Of a DNA stretch of 64,000 nt, positions 58,626 through 64,000 are shown one piece after another; position 1 is the stretch's first letter; every line of letters starts with the position of its first letter. A model generated the notes under the pieces. That model was not told the origin of the DNA. It searched no databases and saw nothing but the letters and a program-made list of their open reading frames with translations. The stretch lies in the sequence record OL956808.1; one strand, 5' to 3'. Source of the stretch: Escherichia phage vB_EcoM-S1P5QW. The translations under genes and the position numbers were made by a program.

Positions 58626-60053
58626 GTGGTAGAAATTATTCTTTCTCATCTTATATTTGATCAAGCTTATTTTTCAAAAGTTTGGCCATATATGGATTCA
58701 GAATATTTTGAAAGTGGTCCAGCTAAAAATACATTCAAATTAATTAAATCTCATGTCAATGAGTATCATAGCGTTCCATCTATTAATGCGTTAAATGTTG
58801 CATTAGAAAATAGTTCATTTACTGAAACAGAATATTCTGGTGTAAAAACACTTATTTCAAAACTGGCTGATTCTCCAGAAGACCACAGCTGGTTAGTAAA
58901 AGAAACAGAAAAATATGTTCAGCAAAGGGCGATGTTTAATGCTACGTCTAAAATAATCGAAATTCAAACTAATGCTGAGCTTCCTCCGGAAAAACGAAAT
59001 AAGAAAATGCCGGATGTTGGTGCTATTCCTGACATCATGCGGCAAGCATTATCTATTTCATTTGATAGTTACGTTGGTCATGATTGGATGGATGACTATG
59101 AAGCACGTTGGCTATCTTATATGAATAAAGCTCGTAAAGTTCCATTTAAACTCAGAATTCTAAACAAAATTACTAAAGGCGGAGCTGAGACTGGAACACT
59201 GAACGTTTTAATGGCTGGCGTTAACGTTGGTAAATCATTAGGTCTGTGTTCATTAGCAGCAGATTATTTACAGCTCGGACATAATGTTCTTTACATTTCC
59301 ATGGAAATGGCAGAAGAAGTCTGTGCTAAGCGTATTGACGCTAACATGCTTGATGTTTCTCTTGATGACATTGATGATGGGCATATTTCTTACGCTGAGT
59401 ATAAAGGAAAAATGGAAAAATGGCGTGAGAAATCTACTCTCGGTCGTTTAATCGTTAAACAGTATCCTACTGGTGGAGCAGACGCTAACACATTCAGGTC
59501 TCTCTTGAATGAATTGAAGCTCAAGAAGAATTTTGTTCCAACAATCATTATTGTCGACTATCTAGGTATTTGTAAATCTTGCCGCATCAGAGTTTATTCA
59601 GAAAATAGTTACACAACTGTTAAAGCTATTGCAGAGGAATTGCGTGCTCTGGCTGTTGAAACCGAAACTGTTCTTTGGACTGCAGCACAGGTTGGTAAAC
59701 AAGCTTGGGACTCTTCCGATGTTAACATGAGCGATATTGCAGAATCTGCTGGTCTTCCAGCAACAGCTGATTTTATGCTTGCGGTCATTGAAACCGAGGA
59801 GCTAGCAGCTGCTGAACAACAACTCATTAAGCAAATCAAATCACGATATGGCGATAAGAACAAATGGAATAAGTTTTTGATGGGTGTTCAAAAAGGAAAT
59901 CAGAAATGGGTAGAAATTGAACAAGATTCTACTCCAACCGAAGTGAGTGAAGTAGCAGGTTCACAACAGATTCAGGCTGAACAGAATCGCTATCAAAGAA
60001 ACGAATCAGCTCGAGCTCAGTTAGATGCTTTGGCAAATGAATTAAAATTTTAG
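58626..60053 (+). CDS. 41: replicative DNA helicase gp41 (DnaB-like)
   Basis: 475 aa, GTG start; Walker A GVNVGKS; N-terminus MVEIILSHLIFDQAYF as recalled for T4 gp41. Confidence 0.95.
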   Translation: MVEIILSHLIFDQAYFSKVWPYMDSEYFESGPAKNTFKLIKSHVNEYHSVPSINALNVALENSSFTETEYSGVKTLISKLADSPEDHSWLVKETEKYVQQRAMFNATSKIIEIQTNAELPPEKRNKKMPDVGAIPDIMRQALSISFDSYVGHDWMDDYEARWLSYMNKARKVPFKLRILNKITKGGAETGTLNVLMAGVNVGKSLGLCSLAADYLQLGHNVLYISMEMAEEVCAKRIDANMLDVSLDDIDDGHISYAEYKGKMEKWREKSTLGRLIVKQYPTGGADANTFRSLLNELKLKKNFVPTIIIVDYLGICKSCRIRVYSENSYTTVKAIAEELRALAVETETVLWTAAQVGKQAWDSSDVNMSDIAESAGLPATADFMLAVIETEELAAAEQQLIKQIKSRYGDKNKWNKFLMGVQKGNQKWVEIEQDSTPTEVSEVAGSQQIQAEQNRYQRNESARAQLDALANELKF

Positions 60054-60082
60054 TTTACAGGCTGACAAGACTATGGTATAGT
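60054..60082 (+). promoter_or_regulatory. early promoter with stem-loop
   Basis: GTTTACAGGCTGACAAGACTATGGTATAGTAGTCTTGT (inverted repeat around -10). Confidence 0.55.
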
Positions 60083-60111
60083 AGTCTTGTTGGTTAAATG
60101 AGGAGATTGTT

Positions 60112-60294
60112 ATGGAATTGGTAAAGGTAGTTTTTATGGGGTGGTTTAAGAATGAAAGCATGTTTACTAAAGAAACCACAATGATGAAAGATGACGTTCA
60201 ATGGGCTACTACTCAATATGCTGAAGTTAATAAAGCATTAGTTAAAGCTTTCATTGATGACAAGAAAGTATGTGAAGTAGATTGCCGAGGATAA
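60112..60294 (+). CDS. dmd: Dmd (discriminator of mRNA degradation; antitoxin of RnlA/LsoA)
   Basis: 60 aa; sequence recalled as T4 Dmd (gene 61.5); adjacent to gene 41; RBS GAGGAGA. Confidence 0.75.
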   Translation: MELVKVVFMGWFKNESMFTKETTMMKDDVQWATTQYAEVNKALVKAFIDDKKVCEVDCRG

Positions 60295-60295
60295 T

Positions 60296-60553
60296 ATGCA
60301 TATTGTTTTATTTAAACCTACTCCGTATAACGTCAGGAAAAATACTCAATTCAAAGCACTTATTGCAGATACGTGGGAATTGGTGCTAGATATTCCAGCA
60401 GAAGAAAGTCCTCCATTTGGTCGAGTGGAATTTATTAAGTTTGTTGTACGTCCTACGAAGAGGCAGATTCGTCAGTGTAAAAGGCATTTTCGTAAGATCG
60501 TTAAGCTAGAGAAACAGTTTGTAACATGTGATTATGCAGAAGTTTTAAAATAG
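60296..60553 (+). CDS. hypothetical protein
   Basis: 85 aa, basic. Confidence 0.5.
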   Translation: MHIVLFKPTPYNVRKNTQFKALIADTWELVLDIPAEESPPFGRVEFIKFVVRPTKRQIRQCKRHFRKIVKLEKQFVTCDYAEVLK

Positions 60554-60555
60554 CT

Positions 60556-60585
60556 GTTTACTTTTGTTGGAAATTGAGATACTAT
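60556..60585 (+). promoter_or_regulatory. early promoter
   Basis: GTTTAC...GAGATACTATAT upstream of sp. Confidence 0.5.
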
Positions 60586-60613
60586 ATAAACATAAACTAC
60601 TGAGGAGATTATC

Positions 60614-60907
60614 ATGAAAAAATTTATTTTTGCTACAATTTTTACTTTGGCTTCTTGTGCTGCTCAGCCTGCTATGGCAGGTTATGATAAAGATTTGTGT
60701 GAATGGTCTATGACTGCAGATCAGACTGAAGTTGAAACTCAAATTGAAGCGGATATTATGAATATCGTTGAGCGTGATCGTCCTGAAATGAAAGCTGAAG
60801 TACAAAAACAGCTTAAGTCTGGTGGTGTAATGCAGTATAATTATGTTCTGTATTGCGATAAAAACTTTAATAACAAAAATATCATCGCTGAAGTGGTAGG
60901 TGAATAA
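60614..60907 (+). CDS. sp: periplasmic protein Spackle (superinfection exclusion; lysozyme inhibitor)
   Basis: 97 aa with signal peptide MKKFIFATIFTLASCAAQPAMA; length and locus match T4 sp (61.3). Confidence 0.7.
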   Translation: MKKFIFATIFTLASCAAQPAMAGYDKDLCEWSMTADQTEVETQIEADIMNIVERDRPEMKAEVQKQLKSGGVMQYNYVLYCDKNFNNKNIIAEVVGE

Positions 60908-61533
60908 TGCTTTATCAAATGCACAAGTGCAAAGATACATACAAATATAAAGGTGCCCAGTGTTATATCATTAATCGTGAAAACGCGGGTCCAGGTCATT
61001 CGCATCAATCACGGTTTGTATTCGTTAAAAACAATGAAATTATAGCAGTTGCTAATTACATGCTTGTGACTAATGATGTTAATCCGGTGCCTTTTACATA
61101 TTATAATCTAATGGATTTGGCGTACGATTATAATTGGTTTAATCATGACACTTTGGCTCATATCGAAGGCGTAGGATTTGACATCTCTTATTCTAGTTAT
61201 TCGTTGTGTCCTATGAGCCGAGCTCATAAAGAGCCTGAATATTTTTCATTTCGTCGGCGTGTAGACTTTAAACGCAGTACAGAGTATGTCGGTGGAATCT
61301 TTGTTAAAGATAATCGAATTACTCGCATTATTTATCCTTTGGGCTGTGGTCAAAAAGATATTGATGTTGATTTAGACTTTACTGAAAACATCATTAATCA
61401 TATTGCTTCTGTATATTTTGATATTGATCACAAAATTGTAATATGTGGATATGAATTGCCATCTGAAAAACAGTCTAAAGTAAATGTTTCTATTGATGAC
61501 CAAATTTTTAATGCTTTTATGAATAGAGGTTAA
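60907..61533 (+). CDS. hypothetical protein
   Basis: 208 aa, Cys/His-containing. Confidence 0.5.
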   Translation: MLYQMHKCKDTYKYKGAQCYIINRENAGPGHSHQSRFVFVKNNEIIAVANYMLVTNDVNPVPFTYYNLMDLAYDYNWFNHDTLAHIEGVGFDISYSSYSLCPMSRAHKEPEYFSFRRRVDFKRSTEYVGGIFVKDNRITRIIYPLGCGQKDIDVDLDFTENIINHIASVYFDIDHKIVICGYELPSEKQSKVNVSIDDQIFNAFMNRG

Positions 61534-61534
61534 T

Positions 61535-61699
61535 ATGAAAACATATAAAGAATTTATTAAAGAAGATATGGTCGCTGGAGATTCAGGCGGTAATCCTGAA
61601 AATATCTCTACTGGAACAACGTCAGGCGCTGTAGTAAATAAAGGCCCTGAACAGATTCCTAAAAAGAAAAAAGAGGAATCTAAAGAAAAAGAAGAGTAA
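61535..61699 (+). CDS. small protein with capsid-targeting-like N-terminus
   Basis: 54-aa ORF below the cutoff; N-terminus MKTYKEFIKE resembles internal-protein CTS; Lys/Glu-rich tail. Confidence 0.45.
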   Translation: MKTYKEFIKEDMVAGDSGGNPENISTGTTSGAVVNKGPEQIPKKKKEESKEKEE

Positions 61700-61701
61700 A
61701 A

Positions 61702-62730
61702 ATGTCATCAATACCTTGGATTGATAATGAGTTTGCATACCGTGCATTAGCTCATTTACCTAAATTCACACAAGTAAATAATAGTTCAACTTTTAAATTA
61801 CGGTTTAGATGTCCTGTTTGTGGAGATTCAAAAACCGACCAGAATAAAGCTCGTGGATGGTATTATGGTGATAATAATGAAGGAAATATTCATTGTTATA
61901 ACTGTAATTATCATGCACCAATCGGAATATATTTAAAGGAGTTTGAACCTGATTTATATCGTGAGTATATCTTTGAAATAAGAAAAGAAAAAGGTAAAAG
62001 TCGTCCAATAGAAAAACCTAAAGAACTTCCTAAGCAACCTGAGAAGAAAATAATTAAATCTCTTCCGTCATGTGTTAGATTAGATAAACTGGCGGAAGAC
62101 CATCCAATTATAAAATATGTAAAAGCTCGTTGTATTCCAAAGGATAAATGGAAATATCTTTGGTTTACAACCGAATGGCCTAAATTAGTTAATAGCATAG
62201 CACCGGGAACATACAAAAAGGAAATTTCTGAGCCTCGTCTTGTTATTCCAATTTATAATGCTAATGGAAAAGCTGAGTCTTTTCAAGGACGTGCATTAAA
62301 GAAAGATGCTCCTCAAAAATATATCACCATTAAAGCTTATCCTGAGGCAACAAAAATTTACGGTGTTGAACGAGTTAAAGATGGTGATGTATATGTTCTA
62401 GAAGGACCTATAGATTCACTTTTTATTGAAAATGGTATAGCTATTACGGGTGGTCAATTAGACCTAGAAGTTGTTCCATTTAAAGATAGACGAGTGTGGG
62501 TTTTAGATAATGAACCTCGTCACCCTGACACTATCAAACGAATGACTAAATTAGTTGATGCAGGAGAAAGGGTTATGTTTTGGGATAAATCTCCCTGGAA
62601 ATCAAAAGATGTCAATGATATGATTAGAAAGGAAGGTGCAACCCCTGAACAAATTATGGAATATATGAAAAATAATATTGCCCAGGGGTTGATGGCTAAA
62701 ATGCGGCTATCTAAATATGCTAAGATTTAA
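61702..62730 (+). CDS. 61: DNA primase gp61
   Basis: 342 aa; zinc-binding CPVCGDS...CYNCNYH and TOPRIM-like region; as recalled for T4 gp61. Confidence 0.92.
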   Translation: MSSIPWIDNEFAYRALAHLPKFTQVNNSSTFKLRFRCPVCGDSKTDQNKARGWYYGDNNEGNIHCYNCNYHAPIGIYLKEFEPDLYREYIFEIRKEKGKSRPIEKPKELPKQPEKKIIKSLPSCVRLDKLAEDHPIIKYVKARCIPKDKWKYLWFTTEWPKLVNSIAPGTYKKEISEPRLVIPIYNANGKAESFQGRALKKDAPQKYITIKAYPEATKIYGVERVKDGDVYVLEGPIDSLFIENGIAITGGQLDLEVVPFKDRRVWVLDNEPRHPDTIKRMTKLVDAGERVMFWDKSPWKSKDVNDMIRKEGATPEQIMEYMKNNIAQGLMAKMRLSKYAKI

Positions 62731-62927
62731 ATCAACCCAACTAAAGCAAATGCTAAATCTACAAATGTATCAAGAGTAACTACTGGAATATTAATACCAT
62801 GTGCAATTGCAATTGGTGATAAAATAAAGTTCCAGAGTAAAATTCCTACCATAGCAGAAATAGTAAAAGCTATACGTTTTTTATTACCTTTTATGGCATT
62901 AACAAGTGCCATTAATTTTTGTACCAT
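62727..62927 (-). CDS. small membrane protein on opposite strand
   Basis: 66 aa, two hydrophobic segments; strong SD AAGGAGGA 7 nt upstream of ATG on the minus strand; convergent with primase. Confidence 0.65.
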   Translation of the reverse strand: MVQKLMALVNAIKGNKKRIAFTISAMVGILLWNFILSPIAIAHGINIPVVTLDTFVDLAFALVGLI

Positions 62928-62998
62928 ATGTCCTCCTTATTGCTTTATATATTTATTGTATAATTAATCTACTAACCCATGAATTGAAAGGAAAAATA

Positions 62999-63517
62999 AT
63001 GGCTTACTTTAATGAATGTGCTCATTTGATCGAAGGTGTTGATAAAGCAAATCGTGCATATGCTGAGAATATTATGCACAATATTGACCCACTGCAGGTT
63101 ATGCTTGACATGCAGCGGCATTTACAGATTCGTTTGGCTAATGATAAACCAGAAACAAATCGTCATCCTGATTCACTTGAAACTGCAGGAGAAGTTCTTG
63201 CTTGGTTGCGAAACCAAGACGATTATATCGCAGATGAAACTCGCGAGCTATATACTTCTCTTGGTGGTATGAGTAATGGTGAAAAAGAAGCTTCTGCTGT
63301 ATGGAAACCTTGGAAGAAACGTTATTCTGAAATGCAATCCAAGAAAATTCAAGATTTATCTCCTGAAGATCAGCTTGAAATTAAATTTGAACTGATTGAC
63401 CAATTTCACTTTTTCATGAATAAATTTATTGCTCTTGGAATGTCAGCTGAAGAAATCTTTAAACTTTATTACCTGAAAAATGCTGAAAACTTCGCTCGTC
63501 AAGACCGAGGTTATTAA
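62999..63517 (+). CDS. 56: dCTP pyrophosphatase gp56 (MazG-like)
   Basis: 172 aa from ATG 62999 (RBS AAAGGAAAA, -10 TATAAT upstream); T4 gp56 is ~171 aa. Confidence 0.8.
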   Translation: MAYFNECAHLIEGVDKANRAYAENIMHNIDPLQVMLDMQRHLQIRLANDKPETNRHPDSLETAGEVLAWLRNQDDYIADETRELYTSLGGMSNGEKEASAVWKPWKKRYSEMQSKKIQDLSPEDQLEIKFELIDQFHFFMNKFIALGMSAEEIFKLYYLKNAENFARQDRGY

Positions 63518-63717
63518 TGGCTCGTTTAAATAAGCGTCAGCTCAAGAAAGCCCATAAGAAACGTATTGACCAGCTATTTAAAGATTATAACAAGGAGCTC
63601 GTATGTGAGCTCTTAACTAATCAACTTCGTATGGTTGATTGGGTTATAGAAGAAGGTCCTGACGAAATTTTTGTCAGCGAAGAAGCCTTAAAATTAATTA
63701 TAGAGCATTCAAAATGA
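63517..63717 (+). CDS. hypothetical protein
   Basis: 66 aa, basic N-terminus. Confidence 0.45.
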   Translation: MARLNKRQLKKAHKKRIDQLFKDYNKELVCELLTNQLRMVDWVIEEGPDEIFVSEEALKLIIEHSK

Positions 63718-63923
63718 AATTTGATTTCTACGCGTGGCAAAAAGCCGGGAGACCGGCTACTCGAGCATTTGGTTCTGATGGATATAATATTAGAGCCCAT
63801 TGGAAATTTAATGCTCCAGAAGATTATTCTCCGGTAATTATTAACGGCGATGTTGTTATATTAACTAAAATCGGGTATTTTAACGTTCCGCGAGAATTTA
63901 TTATAAATAATCATGTAATTTAA
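63714..63923 (+). CDS. hypothetical protein
   Basis: 69 aa. Confidence 0.45.
   Translation: MKFDFYAWQKAGRPATRAFGSDGYNIRAHWKFNAPEDYSPVIINGDVVILTKIGYFNVPREFIINNHVI
63902..63909 (+). promoter_or_regulatory. late promoter TATAAATA upstream of soc
   Basis: exact octamer 30 nt before soc start. Confidence 0.55.
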
Positions 63924-63939
63924 ATAAAAGGAGAATTAC

Positions 63940-64000
63940 ATGGCTAGTACTCGCGGTTATGTTAATATTAAAACATTTGACCAAGCAGTTGATGGTGGTA
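63940..64000 (+). CDS. soc: small outer capsid protein Soc (5' fragment, runs off window)
   Basis: N-terminus MASTRGYVNIKTFDQAVDGG matches recalled T4 Soc start; RBS AAAGGAG. Confidence 0.75.
   Translation, partial: MASTRGYVNIKTFDQAVDGG

Overview
This 64 kb window reads as a contiguous segment of a T-even (T4-like, Tequatrovirus) coliphage genome, running from baseplate gene 6 to the start of soc. All calls rest on reading the translations and DNA by eye and on recalled T4 protein sequences, lengths and gene order; no database search was run. Layout: a minus-strand late baseplate block (6, 5.4, 5.1, 5, 53), then a long plus-strand block: 4, 2, 3, 1, 57A, 57B, internal-protein genes, a tRNA cluster interrupted by segB, lysozyme e, regB, tk, rI, nrdC, 49, nrdD, nrdG, nrdH, 55, alpha-gt, 47, 46, rpbA, 45, 44, 62, regA, 43, imm, 42, a glycosyltransferase, uvsX, 40, 41, dmd, sp, 61, 56, soc. 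The phage is not T4 itself: lysozyme differs at a few residues, denV and the nrdD intron are absent, the beta-gt locus holds a different 282-aa glycosyltransferase, and I read 10 tRNAs including Tyr, Asn and His but no Pro. The most interesting unexplained content is in the accessory region between rI and nrdC: a tandem family of four ~300-340 aa coiled-coil paralogs, a nucleotidyltransferase plus AAA+ ATPase gene pair, arrays of small paralogous genes, and a macrodomain gene near tk. Other notable signals are a GIY-YIG homing endonuclease inserted between rpbA and gene 45, repeated promoter/stem-loop cassettes, and a GrcA-like gene with a host-like 3' half.
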